64,000 nucleotides of DNA, from contig NMRA01000579.1 in the NCBI GenBank assembly GCA_002633005.1, positions 62,001 through 126,000 of the forward strand. Reading direction: 5' to 3'. Below, piece by piece: positions 1 to 18,193 of the stretch. Positions within the stretch are counted from its first letter, which is position 1. Every line of letters starts with the position of its first letter. Made by a program: the position numbers and the translations under genes. Source of the stretch: Phoronis australis. Its lineage: Eukaryota; Animalia; Phoronida. The notes under the pieces are model-generated. The model was given only the letters and a program-made list of their open reading frames with translations, was not told the origin of the DNA and did no database searches.

Positions 1-997
1 AATCTGGAAATCAAAGATTGCTTTCATGGTAAAGACTTACAACTCCATTCGATGTAAAAACTGTACTTTGTCGAACACTGGCTTAAAATAATTCACGTAA
101 CGGACAGGCAACTAGCACGACTCTTGACGTCACCTTATAACTTCACCGCTTCTAACATTGCAGCTCCGGAGTATGAGCGACCGAAGGCAAGATTTCGCAA
201 ACGTCTTGAAGGTACTAACTGCCTGCAGTTTGCCTTGTTGAGTAACTGTTACTGCACGACCCCTGTTGACTTGTATTGAATTAATAGCCCCGATGTCCAC
301 TCAAGATCGCACGTCCGTTAAGACCACTACACACACGAACTTAACGTTCTGGAAACGGAATCCCCAACTGGTTTGTTCCCTATGTAACAAATTACTCAAT
401 GAGGTTTGTCTAGTCTTTTCAATCAGTGTGCTTGTCGGTTCGTAACTCTGGGAGATCGCACACGTGAGGTGCGCGCTTAGCTAACTGACTCGCAGTCGTG
501 TAACTGAGCATGTGTCTCATGTTTGCGGCTACCTTTACACAATTGCCCATGTGTTACTCGCATCCCCTGGTGTTCGTTTTATGTATTGGATGGATGCGCA
601 TCTACGAGCGGAGCCGAAGGGATATGTTAGAAAAGTAAACATTCATTATCTTGGACGCGAGTTAACAACTCAATACCACGAATTATTCAGTTATAATTCA
701 CGAGTTTCCCAGTTATTTCTACGGCATAATAAATAACTCGTGGCCATGAGATATGAATCTCGTTCGTGACTTAGTAACTCACGGAAACGGGTTACTTGCT
801 CGAGATAACACAGAGATGAACTTATAAACAATGAATTTGTGCTTCAAAACACTTCAACGACTATAAAGTTACGCGATGAATCCCCACAAAACTTTCCTTA
901 TGACAAGAGTCACTGTTTTAACAGATTGCTAATAGTATTTGGGAATTGTATTTCCACTTTTATGGCAATTGACGTTCTATCCGGAAGTCAACTCCTG

Positions 998-1389
998 GGC
1001 CTGGGGTCTAATCCTTGACTCGAAATCAATCTCGAAACTATTTTCAACATGTTGCGTTCTACGAATTCCAAGACAAGTGTCACTACTCTTGTGCACTCGA
1101 GTATATTATGGTTTATGCTGATCACTGTGAAATCCTGCTGCACTTGATGACCCCAGCAATAAAAATAAGTGTTTCGAATCTGAAATCGAAATCTCGAAGT
1201 TTTACTCGAAATCTCGAGGTTTTACTCGAGTTTGTAGTTTGATTATAGGGCCGTCAAGTGCAAATATGGACAATTACGAAATTCATTTTAGAATGAATTA
1301 TAGATAATTATTTTGAGTCGGTATTGAGAAGAACGGAAAACGCGAATATTTTCGAGTTCGCGAAAAAAGATAAGACCCGGAGCCCTGAC
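998..1389. mobile_element. Degenerate MITE-like element; a probable relative lies at about 61570-61975
   Basis: The left end GGGCCTGGGGTCTAATCCTT and right end AAGATAAGACCCGGAGCCC are imperfect inverted repeats, and CTCGAAAT repeats internally. The 61.6-62.0 kb segment begins GGGGCTCGGGCCTAATCTT and ends GGTTAGACCCTGGG. Judged by eye. Confidence 0.4.
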
Positions 1390-1479
1390 TCTGTTTATGT
1401 GTTAGCGTTGGCACAACAAATCATAAAACGTTCTGAACACAGTGTTATGTCCTTCGTTTGCTTTACACAATAATTTTAG

Positions 1480-4400
1480 GCACAATGGCAGGCGTGCGTG
1501 GACCACCCGGACCCCCTGGACCGGCTGGCCCCAAAGGAGACAAAGGCGAGGATTGCGAACCAAGTGGGTTAATTTTCAAGTTGTTCTTTGCATGCAAGTA
1601 TGATGCGGTGTCCGCAAGGCATAAAAGTGTATGACGTCATGAAATATCCAAAAATGCAACAACAGGGTAGAGTTCAGTAGCTGTCTCGCGTATAGAAAAA
1701 TATATCCAAAATCACGTGTTCTCATTTAAAATACACGGCAATATCTCACGTAATCTCGCCAAGTCTTGCATTAGCGAGGTCCTAGTGTAGATATTAGCGT
1801 TACTCATGAACTCTACCAATTTTTCCCCGAAGGTAGTGTTGGTGGGACATTCCGTTCAAGTATCTCAGTCTAGGCTCTGCGTGTGCCTTGAAACCTGATA
1901 GTGTGCTTACACTCCAACGTTGTTTCGATGGAAATTTGAAATAGTCCTAGTATTGCAGTTTTTAGGAGGGTGATTCTTTCCCTTTCCCAGTGATTAGCTC
2001 TATTCATTCTGTTGAGCGACAGCGTAGTTGGTTAAACAACTTTGAACAGGCCTTTTAAAGTACCGGTAGCTTGTGGTTAATTTCCTACGACTGTTGTAGC
2101 CTCGGTTGTCATTGCCAACGTGACGCAGGCTAAAGAAGACGAAGTGGTGGAAAAGGAGATTATTCTGGAGTTGAAGCCACGAACCGGACTAGGTAAGCTT
2201 GGCGCCAAACGGCGTGATAACGTCATATTTGTGATGTGACGTCACTGTAAATGTTTTCGAAAACGGCTACAAACCGGCGTTCCGTCCAGAAGCGATTTTT
2301 TTGTTTAGGTTTCTACAATTAAAGTTCGTCTGATCTTGTTCTTACTTAGCTGAGAGGTGGTTTCTAGGCTTGTAAAGAATTAATTGTTCGTTATTCCTTA
2401 AGTAAGACGGTGCTTGACGTGTAATATGCCAAGTAAGCGGTGGTAGCAAACTTGTGAAGCCTGGTCTCAAACGTCAGTTCTTTGGAAGCATTGAAATTGA
2501 CCAACAATTAGAGACTAATTCCATTAACAGTAATCCCGGTGGGACGGCGTGACGCCGTCCCACCGGGATTACAGTACGGCGACAGAACTCTCGTTTGTCC
2601 CTGAGACAAGAAAGCAGGTGACCTCGTTTTGGAAATCAGGCCCATTTTCATGCCTGTCTCATTGATGTTGGAAAGAAAAAGAATTTCAGATCACGCATCC
2701 ACGCCGGGCATTTGTCTAGTTTATCAAACTTTTTCACGTCGGAGTTGCAGCCTACGGCACAAGGCAGCAGTATAATTACTCCGTTGGCATTGGAAGGACG
2801 AATATAGCTGTAGAGTAATGCAACCAAAAAACTTGTCAAGAATCAGACATTCAACAACAAAAAACACGTGAAACTCCAGTGCCACGAAAACGAGGCAGCA
2901 AATGAGCCTGGCGGATGTATGGCATTGTGGGTAAATACAGCGAGATTCCAGTGTCGCAGTGTAATCCAATCCCTATTGATCAACATTTCGTGGAATTCCG
3001 ATTTATCGCCGCTTAAACATCCAAAGCGATTTCCGTGTATACATTTTTAAATGTACATTCCTGGACTTATAAGAGCACACGTTACCAAAACTTGGAATAC
3101 AAGACCATCAAAAGCACGGCCCCTCCAATCACTCACGATAATTCCACGGCCATTGTTTGAGAATAGGGCAATTAAGCCTCTGACGTCATTCTCAGACTAA
3201 GGATAATGAAAATACCAAAAAATGGGTACACAAAACAAATACATCGCCGAACGAACGCACTCAATGACACTTTCACCCTCGTCTAGCAATCAACAGTTGT
3301 AGATATAACATTCATAGGGTTATTAGGCCTGTGTTGTCATATGACAGGGCTTCTATTTAGCAAAGTGCAGGGAGGATGGGAAGAAACTGAGACTCATGGC
3401 TAGAAAAGACTAATGAAGCCTAACCGGCGGTGAAACGTACTTTGCGATCAGTGGAGGATGACGGCCGGTGGCGAGGTGAAATTGGTAGCAATTGGGACGT
3501 GGAATGGTGATCGGAGTTGGGGTGGAACTGGTGGCGATTCTGCGGGGAAGTGAAACTGGTGGCTACCGGTGAAATTGGTGAAAAACGAGCGGCGGCGAAA
3601 CAAGTGTCGATCAAATGGTTGCCCCGACATTTTTCCGCCTACATCAATTAGATTAAGTCTTCCCACTTCAGTTACACATCGAATGCTTAGCTAGCTGTTG
3701 CCATAGTCATTCAACTGTGTAACTTCTCAAAGTCGTAATTTCTTTCGTTATAAACCTTGAGAAGTTAAGTCATTAGGTACGTTTCATGCCGCTTGACTTT
3801 ACCAATCCATTTCAGTTCGAAAGATCGACAAAATCGGAAAGCCAACGTACAAGAAGAAACTAAGAACGGTGTGGGGAGCCTGGATGTTGGACTGTACGGG
3901 GCGAGAGGAGGACGTTGATAAGATATGGTACACCAATCACATCTCTGGACGGAGAGTGTACGAATACAACAATATGGAGGTGATGTGAGCCAATTTATGA
4001 ACAGATAACAAAAATGTCATTCCGTCATTGCGCGTTAGCCTACATGAGTATAATTTATCGTTTACTTATCCTACCGACGTTGTGTTGAGATTGTTTATTT
4101 GAAGTGTGACTGAAACTAACTCGCCGTATACGTCAAGAAATTTAATGGGTATAATCTGAAGCAATGACAGGGGCGGATCCAGGATTTTGTGTTAGGGAGG
4201 CAGGGCACAGGAATCATCCGAATTTCGGCAGATGCGCGCGCCCAGCCTAAAATGTAGAGATGCAGGAGGTCTCAAATTTTTGAGTTTGCGGACCTTTTGA
4301 CTAAAAAAATAACGTAAACGGGGTTTGTTCAGGGCCTATGCATTGTTTATTCACTCCCCGAGCCCCTCTGGTTGCGCGCATGTGCCAGTCAGCAATTCGC

Positions 4401-6072
4401 ACCCGAACTGCCAAATGGTATCTGGTAGAATTTTAGGGGAGGGGAGCCATGGCCCCCTTGCCCCCCCCTCTAAATCCGCTACTGAATGAAGATCTGCCAA
4501 ATCTTCTTAAGCTTAGAAATCGCGTATAATCTGACCCAAAATAGATGAGATCGATTTCATAATTAGTGGCTTTAATCGAGCGTTGTTCCTACAGAAGGCG
4601 GAGTTCATTACGGTTTGAAAATAGGAAAATCTAATGCTAATTTATTAGAATCTTTTTCAGAGTCTGAAGAACAACCTCTACTACGATAAGTCCTATCACC
4701 TGAAAGATGCTTACTTCGGAACGGGTCACGTGGTCTACAATGGTTCCTTCTACTATCAAAGGGCAGGTAAGAGGACTGACACCTGTGATGTATTGCAGCA
4801 CGTCGCATTGAGATGTAATTTATCTAAATGACGAGTAAAATACACAGGAGAGGGGCGTTTCTCATGGCACAGTTGCCATTTCTAGCTATGGAAAAGAGTG
4901 CAAAGAGCGCCTGTCAGCAATGAAGTTGCCGAACTATTTGCGTGGTCATCAAAGGTGAATCAATGTCGCTCATTTAAGGGGTGTGGCGAATTGGCTAATG
5001 GACAGTCCGAAATTGAAAAAATATTCTTTAAAATTCCACATGAAACCATGTCTGTTTTGAAAAACGATACGTAGTTGAAAAGTCCCTCGAAATAAGTTTT
5101 GACTGAACTTGTATGTGTTAAAATACATTTTATGAAGTCATTAACCATTAAAAAACGGTTATAAACTGCGTTATGTCCGAGCAATGAACTTTTGATTTTA
5201 ATCTCTAAAGTGGCCTTGTTGGTCTCAACGTATTCTCACTCAGACAACAAGCGATTTCTCAGTCACGGGTTTGTAAAAGCACAGGTATTTCGTTATTCAT
5301 GGAGACCATGTGTTCGCCAATGTGTACAGACTACCTGAGCCTCGGCTCAAGCAATATCGAAGTGTTAGTTATGTCTAACCCCTGAAATCACCTCCAAGAT
5401 GACAATGGAACAATTTGAGACTGATTTTGCAGCCGCAAGTGGTATAAGTCGAAAATTGGTGTGTGTGTTGTGCGCAGCGGGTTAAGCCCCGTTAAGCGAA
5501 GTCAAACCCTGCAATAATACGTTCTGTTGCATTTCGTGTGGCTCAATTTTATGTTTTATCTATCAACAGGTTACAACCGCCTAGCCAAATACGACTTGAT
5601 AAGGGAGAAACGCAGCAAACGTCAACTTGAGTTACCACAAGCTTCCTACACTGCCGGGCGCCATGTTTATAATACACCGTACAACTACTTCGACTTCGCG
5701 GCGGACGAAAATGGATTGTGGGTAATCTACCGTTCGAACAATGTCGACGACGAAATCCTGATCACCAAGCTAGAACCAGACCTCCTCCTCCCTATCAAGA
5801 CATGGTCACTTCCGGTGAAACAAACCAAGTACGTCAACGGTTTCATAATAACCGGCATCCTGTACCTGGTGGAGCAAGGAGATTCGGTAAAGGCCAAAAT
5901 TAGCTTTGCTTATGACTTGTACGAGGAAAAACCGGTTCCCGTGAACTTGATCATAACACTACCCAAGAAGAAAAACAAAATGTTGTCGTACAACCCTCGT
6001 TACGAGACCCTATACGCGTGGGACGGAGGTAACATGTACTCTTATCCCATTAGATGGAGCAACAGCTTGTAA
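1480..6072 (+). CDS. GLDN: Gliomedin/colmedin-like protein (Gly-X-Y collagen followed by olfactomedin domain), 3' part; 5' exons lie upstream of the window
   Basis: Exons 1480-1563 (GVRGPPGPPGPAGPKGDKGEDCEP, collagen), 2100-2192 (linker), 3816-3979 (KIGKP..WGAWMLD..KIWY..VYEY), 4661-4766 (GTGHVVYNGSFYY) and 5570-6072 (DFAADENGLWVIY..MLSYNP..LYAWDGG, TAA). All introns are GT-AG with matching phases 1/1/0/1. Collagen+OLF architecture is typical of the gliomedin/colmedin family; the symbol is family-level, not proven orthology. Confidence 0.88.
1666..1817. mobile_element. Short non-autonomous DNA transposon (MITE)
   Basis: Perfect 11-bp TIR GGTAGAGTTCA ... TGAACTCTACC. The internal ATCTCGC-AAGTCT motif recurs inverted near 43880-43900 in a segment ending ACGGAACTCTGCC (about 43976). 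Confidence 0.6.
2530..2572. repeat. Perfect 21-bp inverted repeat with a 1-nt spacer
   Basis: GTAATCCCGGTGGGACGGCGT-G-ACGCCGTCCCACCGGGATTAC, read directly. Confidence 0.95.
3420..3625. repeat. G-rich degenerate repeat with recurring GTGAAATTGGT/GTGGAACTGGT units, probably a transposon subterminal remnant
   Basis: The motif GTG(A/G)AA(T/C)TGGT is seen about four times with irregular spacing. No partner end was identified. Confidence 0.4.
4168..4484. mobile_element. Non-autonomous DNA transposon with GC-rich TIRs and a 5-bp TSD
   Basis: Ends CAGGGGCGGATCCAG ... TAAATCCGCTACTG; direct repeat AATGA at 4163-4167 and 4485-4489. Related remnants at about 8592-8788, 27830-27988 and 30333-30492 (GGATCTGCCCCTG). 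Confidence 0.75.
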
Positions 6073-7489
6073 TTTCCTGCTGAGAGACCATCTATGCTAA
6101 TGCCAGTCAGGGATTTGTCAAACGGCCGTCACGTGGTTTTCGTTGTTGTTCTTACTGCTTGGTCGTTTTCTTACTGCTGCCTGAGTCCAACCAAAATGTG
6201 GGGTTACCACAAACAGGGTCTACGACTTTGGTAAAGATGTGAGCTTATAATAGGGTTATTTGTTGTAAAGTTCATGATATGGGTGTATTTGTAGATGTAT
6301 TATCTATGTATAATGAATTATGTGGTAAACGTGCATCGGCTCCTGGAGTTTGTATAGGGAGTTGTGTCATCCACATCGCTTCTCATGTTTCATGAGTGGT
6401 CCTCTGGGGATGAAGACGGGGTACCGCCTCGGGTAATTTTACACAAACTAATTCTTTCTCAGGTATGGGTCATTGTATAAAAGAGGTGTCTCTGTTCGGT
6501 GTTTGGGTACGACTCAAGCACGGGTACAGTTCTATAACGCGATTAATATTTGCGAGTGAAAGCTAGCACGATCACGAGCTGTGCTTGAAATGTACAGCGA
6601 CATCGGGGTACACGCGTGATCTCGCTTTTCTCTTAAGAAAAATGCTCTATGGAACGCATTCCTGATTTCAAAATTGACTTTCTTTCGCGTTCATTTGAAA
6701 TAGAACCTTTGCCCACAGGTGAATACACATCAGCCGCACATAAACCATAACTTTCTCCACTGGCACATTTGCGCTTCTTAGTCAGCAGCGTAGTCGCGTT
6801 CTAAGTCTTTGTATTGAAATGCGATGCTACTAAGAATTTTCGCGCCGCGGCGCTGCTTTGGTTGAAACAAAACCGCCGCGACGAGCGAACTTAACGAACC
6901 TGGTATGATGCACAAACGACCTGTAAGTTATTCTCAAGTTTAGAAATGGTATTTAATTTGAACAAAATCACGATAAGACCGAGAGTACAACAGTAGGTGG
7001 CCTCAATCAAGTCTCCGGTTCATTGCACTTTTAATTGAACATTGTGACGTCTATCGTTTGGTTAGATAATGTTAGAGTGTACTAATCTTGTTGTCAGGGC
7101 AGTAACAAAAAAGAAACGAAAAAGGCAACTACCTTGCAACGATCTTCGAAATTGTCGTGGTTCATGCTTTAGACAGGAACTCTTTATTTTGGTTCCTTAG
7201 TAGCCTACAAGTTAACACCGTGGATCCAAAAGAGTGCGCTCAATGTAACAACGGGAAATTAACGCCGAGAACTGGATGTCGAGTTTGAAGTTGGCGACTT
7301 CGGAACTAATTACCACTAGGTGGCGTATTCAACCCACGATTATAGTAAGCACTACTGTCGTGCATGGCAAAAATCCTCATACCTTTACCGTATAGGACGA
7401 GCGGTGAGATGTAGAATATGAGACACCCAACTGTAGAAGTATTGTACAGAGCGCCGAATGGTGGTGATTAGACTGTAGTGACGTGGCCG

Positions 7490-7495
7490 AATAAA
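7490..7495 (+). promoter_or_regulatory. Candidate polyadenylation signal of the gliomedin-like gene
   Basis: AATAAA about 1.4 kb after the stop codon, followed by GT-rich sequence; a second AATAAA at 7567-7572. Confidence 0.35.
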
Positions 7496-9272
7496 TGCGT
7501 TGTTCTACTGGCAGAATACTCTGCTATACTAGTTATGAATGTGCTGATCGTCCTTCGTGGAGATACAATAAACAGATATGACACAAAGGGAAACAACAAA
7601 CGAGAAACATTAAATTACAATGTCACCCCCTTTGGTCGTCACCGACAACGTGCACCTTTCGGTAGTTGCCATGGAGATGTATAAATTAAAGATAAAATTA
7701 ATACTCTGTGTACCAACATTGACCAATTTTGAACTTCTTGTTTTAAGCATAAAAGTATGGTTTTGTTTCATTTTTTTCCATCCACACGAAAACGCTATCC
7801 GCGCACATTATACTCTGCATCATCAAAAAGGCTGTAAAGCCGCCATGTGTCGCATAAAACCAATCCAACTATTGATTTCGGCCACGTAACATGAAATTTG
7901 TTTCAAATAACTCAAGAGTCCTAAGACAACATAGATGCGATTTCTGTGCGCCGAACGAACTGGCAGCTCTTATTGTTTTAGGCCTAGATCTGTTTCTCGT
8001 AGTCAGTTGCTAGCTTTCGTTTTCATTGTATCCACTAGATGTCAGTCCACGGACGGCTTAGCTTGTTTCACGAAATAAGGCTAAGGCTGAGTCTGTCTAC
8101 TACTCCAAGTCAAAAGACAAACCCGTATAGTGTTTCTAGATGAGTGTATAGCTAAACGTAATTTGATTGTTTTTGTCTTTTAGCTTAAGTTTTTAGGCTG
8201 CTCCCAAACTAGCAAAAGACAAAACATTTCTGGAAACGCAACAGACAAAAAATCACTTTTGGCTATTCAGATTTTAACTTGTGGCTCAAGATGAAAGACG
8301 ACAGCCAATAGTCTACGAAAAAGAGGCCTCTGGCTCCACACGTTCATTGTCGCGGCATGTCATTTTATTCGCCGAAAGCAAGTTTCGAGCAATAGCGACC
8401 TGTCACTTCTTCCATTAAAAAAGATGTTAAAAGCCGTTGGCGTTAGTGATGATAAAAACTTGAGTAAAATTGAATAAATATGAGCAGGCGAACGTCCATT
8501 AAATTGTATTAAAACTCCCAACATTTCCCCAAAGTGCTCTTTCTCAAGGGTGTGGCAGAACAAGGCAAAGTCAAGGTCACAGGTTGTAACTAGAGGCAGA
8601 GCTACAGGGTTTCAGAAGGTTTAACCCCTTCCCCATTAGGACAGGATCGAAAATAAATAAAAATATCACCAGGAAAACAAAATCAGCCTAAAAAACCCCA
8701 AAAAATCAAAAATCTTACAGGGAGGGGTAGGGGAAAACCTCTTCCCGACCCCCCCCCCCACCCCATACTGAAAACGTAGATATGCCACAATAACCTATTT
8801 GAAAAGTATAAACTGTACCCTGCGATACCAGCCAGATGTCCCCAGAAACCTTTCAGAAACATAACTTGTACTGTTTGGACTCAATCAGAAATCAACTGTT
8901 GTCAGCTACAGTTACACAACCCCGAAATTTTATGAAGATCCCACAAGCACTTTAGGAGATGCAGCAGCTTACTTTAGACGACCAGGCAGGGACGACCCAA
9001 ATATCTGCACACATATTTATAGGTGGGACCATGAAATCCAGCATTGACATAGGTGACATATTTTTTTGTCAATCCTTGTAAAACAGATTAGGTAATGAAA
9101 GATGGAGAGCAGGAAATTTTTTGGTAAAATTGACAACGACCCTCAAGCAGCCAGTCTTAAACAGACAGGCATCAGTGTGTACTATATCATTGTAGTTAGG
9201 TTTCAAACAACAATCAGATTTTCAATGTTTTTATATTTTTTATAATTTTCCTGTACAAGTAACGAGCAGTGT

Positions 9273-14391
<5,119 letters not shown>

Positions 14392-14460
14392 TTTGGTCTA
14401 AAACCGGAAAAGGACTACCACCGTACCCGGATGTTTGAAGTTGGCTGCCATCTAGTGACA
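14392..14460 (-). promoter_or_regulatory. RPS15 core promoter: TCT initiator/5'TOP with predicted TSS near 14412
   Basis: The minus strand reads GTCC(+1)TTTTCCGGTTTTAGACCAAAATG: a polypyrimidine start about 21 nt before the ATG, standard for ribosomal protein genes. ETS-like CCGGAA/CCGGAT cores and a YY1-like AAAATGG over the start codon. Confidence 0.8.
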
Positions 14461-16243
14461 ATTTTGTTCAGTCGACAAGTAGTGCCGTCTTTAGTCTGAT
14501 ATTGAAGTTATGGTATGATTAGTCGGATAACTTCACTGAGGCACAACTTGCACACTTTAGTAGCGCTGTAAGAAATGATTGTTATGCGTTGTTGTTTATG
14601 ACACAATACCTCGTTTTGCATCAATTTTAATAATGCAAACGAGTTCCAAACACGCAGACTCGTTTGGACACAACACCTGGTTGGAAACAACACCTGGGCC
14701 AGGGTTCGACCTCGGGAAGAACTGGAATTCGTGATTTCATCAGGAAATGAAATTTCATGAACTTCTTCTGGAGAAATAACAAACTTCCATTTAGCCCGGG
14801 AACCATATTTCACCTGAGAAAGGAAGAATTTTACACTACTTTTATAAACTTGGCTTTTGACACAAATCATGGTTTTAAAACTGTCTCATTTAATTTTTAA
14901 ACATTATAAATAGTCAGTCAAATCATTTGATTTCATAACTAGTTGGAAAACTTTGCATGACTTAATTTTCAGACATCTATCTAAAAACTTTTAGAATAAT
15001 AGTTTGAGTTTTTGAAAAATGCCAGAGTCATGCTACTGGGAGTCTTATATATTCATTTTGGGTCGCTTTTCTACGTTTTCAATAATAAATAGATTTGCAG
15101 TTTGGGAATGACAATGCTTCCATATGCAAATTTTATATAAGGCATTTTGAAACTTTAACTTTTGAAAGCGCGAAAGTTATTGAATTAATTTGAACATAAA
15201 CGTACTTTTTTCTTCCACTTTTACCGAAAACTGAAGCGAACATACAAATGAGTGATTGAGCCTTCTCCGATCTTTCCTGGACGGATTTTAAATGCCTTCA
15301 TATTGATATCATTCATTTTTGTTTCCTAGCCATTAAAATATAACCGAAGTTTTGAAGGGCTTAAAAACGTGTTTCTGTAAACATGTCAATTTATTTCTTA
15401 GCTTAAAAGTTACCCTTCTTCTGCCAAACACGATTATTATTATTATCATTTGATTTTCTATTACAAAACCCTGCTCCCTCAACTTTCTTAGATTTTTGAA
15501 TTTGGGAAGGTTGTTACGGTTTGATTTAAAAGCCATTTATAATAAGTTGCCTTGACACTGCGTATCATTTTATGAGACGTAGCAACGGGATCCCAAGCAA
15601 TAAAAAATTGTCAGATCTTTAGACCCAAGCCTAACTTTCAGTGTGAATAATAATGTTGCGACTGGATTTACACAGGAGGTAGTCTAAGCCATTCTTTACG
15701 AAAAGGCTGGTTTATACCATCCAGATAAGAAAATACATAGGGATAATTTTTGAAGCGCGCTCCGTATCATAAGCGCATAAAATGATTGACTCACTGTGAA
15801 TGCTTAGCTCGGGCAAACGGGCCAGTTGAAATTAGAAGACTAAAACAAAACACTAATATGACCTATAGGTCCCTCCGATCCGCCCGTGTGGGTCAAATTA
15901 CCCATACTCACTTTTTCCACAAAAATTCTATAATCCCTGGAAGTGTTAGAGTCAATCGAAAGCCAAGTTTTATTGTGTTGCCCTTTTAGGACCGGTGCAC
16001 CAGTTGCATGAACATCATCGCATTAAACTCCTGTGATTATCGGTAGCAGACCAGAGGCATAACCGTTCATCCTGACACGAGCAGACATCATTTTGTGGCT
16101 TTCCCTATGTTCTTGTTATAGGTGTCACTTGCAATTGTAAACATAAAACGAGAACAGAAAACATGAATATTCTTTAGGGCGCAGAACTGAAATAAGTGGG
16201 GGTCTATCGCCTTCCAGCTTCCTATGGCACGCCGCCCTGTCAC

Positions 16244-16313
16244 CATGGGCAGCGCAGCACTGAAAAAAGTGGGTTCTATAGCCCCTCCAGCCCCCTGCGG
16301 TGCACCGCCCATG
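16244..16313. mobile_element. 70-bp mini element with CATGGG/CCCATG termini; inverted relative of 17864-17932
   Basis: CATGGGCAGCGCAGCACTGAAAAAAGTGGG...GGTGCACCGCCCATG is approximately the reverse complement of 17864-17932. Confidence 0.6.
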
Positions 16314-17261
16314 AGTCTTACACCAAGTTTCTTATTAAATCAAAAAGAAAATAGATGGTGCTTGAGTGTGTTTTTATTTTTTCTTGTCGTCAAGTGTGCG
16401 GTAACATGAAAACGAAATAACTGCATCATTGACAATTTATAGAGGTAACTCAAATCGCTGCTGATCACCCGTAGATTTTTTACAGGTAAATGACCTCGAA
16501 TCAATTTTCTCAGAAAAGAAAGCTTGAGAATTCATGAAATATGATACTAACCAAGTCACCACACACGGTTGCAAGTCTAAAGTCAAGGAAGAGTCACTTG
16601 GGTATACGCGTCTTGCACTTTATTACACACCCCGTTGGAACTTTGAAGCCTGGAAATTAGGAAGAAATTTAAAACGCACTATCATGCGCGCGCGCATCAG
16701 ACCCATGCGCCAGTATAAGAAGCTACAACTAGACTCGAATTTTGAAATACGAATGTGTCTATGAATGAAACACTTGCGTAAAAGCAAGGAGCAAAAATTT
16801 AATAGCATGTGAACGAGTGTTCAGTTGTCGTTGTCCGTGTAACATTAACGTTTAAAGTCGGCTCAAAAAACATGTAAAACACGCAGAAACACAGTTTATA
16901 AAGCACGTAGGCCTGCAGAAGGGACACGTGAACTTACAAATTAAACGCATGGGTCAACTTGCGTACGTAACAAACGGGGAAAAGTCTTTTTGAAGAAAAG
17001 AAAATGTCACAGTCTAATGGGCCTCAATGCACTTATTTGAAACTTACGTTTTAAGTGCATTTAGGCCCTTACACTTGTCTTGTTTTTGAAATTTTTCTCC
17101 TTTTTAGCAAGTTAACGCATGTGTCTAACCTTTCGTTGCACAACAGGCGAATGCCTTCTTACCGTATATAGGCCCTAAGCTCGTGTTTTCAAAACCATTT
17201 TTGCATGTTCCTTCTTTTCTTAACGCCGATTAGGCCCGTAGCCAAGGGGGGGGGGGGGGGG

Positions 17262-17271
17262 NNNNNNNNNN
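17262..17271. other. Assembly gap after a poly-G tract
   Basis: 10 N following AGGCCCGTAGCCAA(G)n, which looks like a GC-rich transposon end. Confidence 0.95.
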
Positions 17272-17863
17272 GCGGAAAAGGTCCAGCCCCGACCTATCCG
17301 TTAAAGATGGGACATAGATAGACAACAACAACAAAATTGTTGCAATTACTGGTACTACTAACTACAATCATAAACTAAGTCACTAATAATTTTGAATTTA
17401 GTTCACATCGGGCCGTACACGGTCAACTTCGCCCGAATGATGTTTGATGATAGGATCGTGCAGACGAGTAGGGGATGCTTTATGTTATTCATCGGCGATG
17501 AACGCGCGTGGTGGCTACAACATAGGGTAACACGGGAGTCTAGAAGTTAATGTCTATACCTTAATAGGCTACCGTATATAGCAGCGAGAGAGCTCCCAAA
17601 AGGTAGTTCGTGTGAGCGTCTTAAAATCGACCAAGAAACAAAATAGCGAAAAGTAGGTTTATCTGCTATTTTGATAGTGGCAGAGTATGGTAAAGTGCAG
17701 ACATTTTCAAATTTCCGGCCACTTTGGTTGTGGATTGGTGGATGACATGCATTCGTATACACGTGTGTGCGTTTCCATTCTTTTAAATTCAGTACACGCT
17801 TATGATAATTAAATTCACTGTAGGCAGTCCTCCGTCGTTGCTCAAAAATCAGACATTTAACTA

Positions 17864-18008
17864 CATGGGCTGCGCACCATAGGGGGTTGGAGGGCTACAG
17901 TCCCCACTATTTTCAGTGCTGTGCCACCCATGGTCTATGCCGGGGGGGGGAGCGGTGCACCACAGCTGGAATATAGCTCTCACTTTTTTTCAGTGCAGCA
18001 CCCCCATG
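17864..18008. mobile_element. Dimeric mini DNA transposon with a 5-bp TSD
   Basis: CATGGG...CCCATG termini; AACTA direct repeat at 17859-17863 and 18009-18013; two related ~70-bp units, each with TTTTCAGTGC....CCCATG. Confidence 0.7.
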
Positions 18009-18193
18009 AACTACCGTATTTTCTTGCACTAAGAAAACCCCGACGAACATGTTCATAATATTAGGGAAAAGTAGGTCTACACCTAATAAAAACTTGGGTC
18101 AATGAAGAAAGTCTTCTCTTTGTCAATCAGTGCCGATGGCGCTCAGCCTCGCAGACGTCATACGAGCAAAAATTTGATGGAAAAGATTTCCAT

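Noticed and set aside
5527-5569. N-terminus of the 181-aa ORF as a stand-alone olfactomedin protein
   Set aside because: This is intron sequence (polypyrimidine tract and acceptor); the exon starts at 5570 and splices to upstream OLF exons.
6839-6889. 3' UTR hairpin as a SECIS element
   Set aside because: No AUGA/GA quartet, and no in-frame TGA in the visible exons (the stop is TAA).
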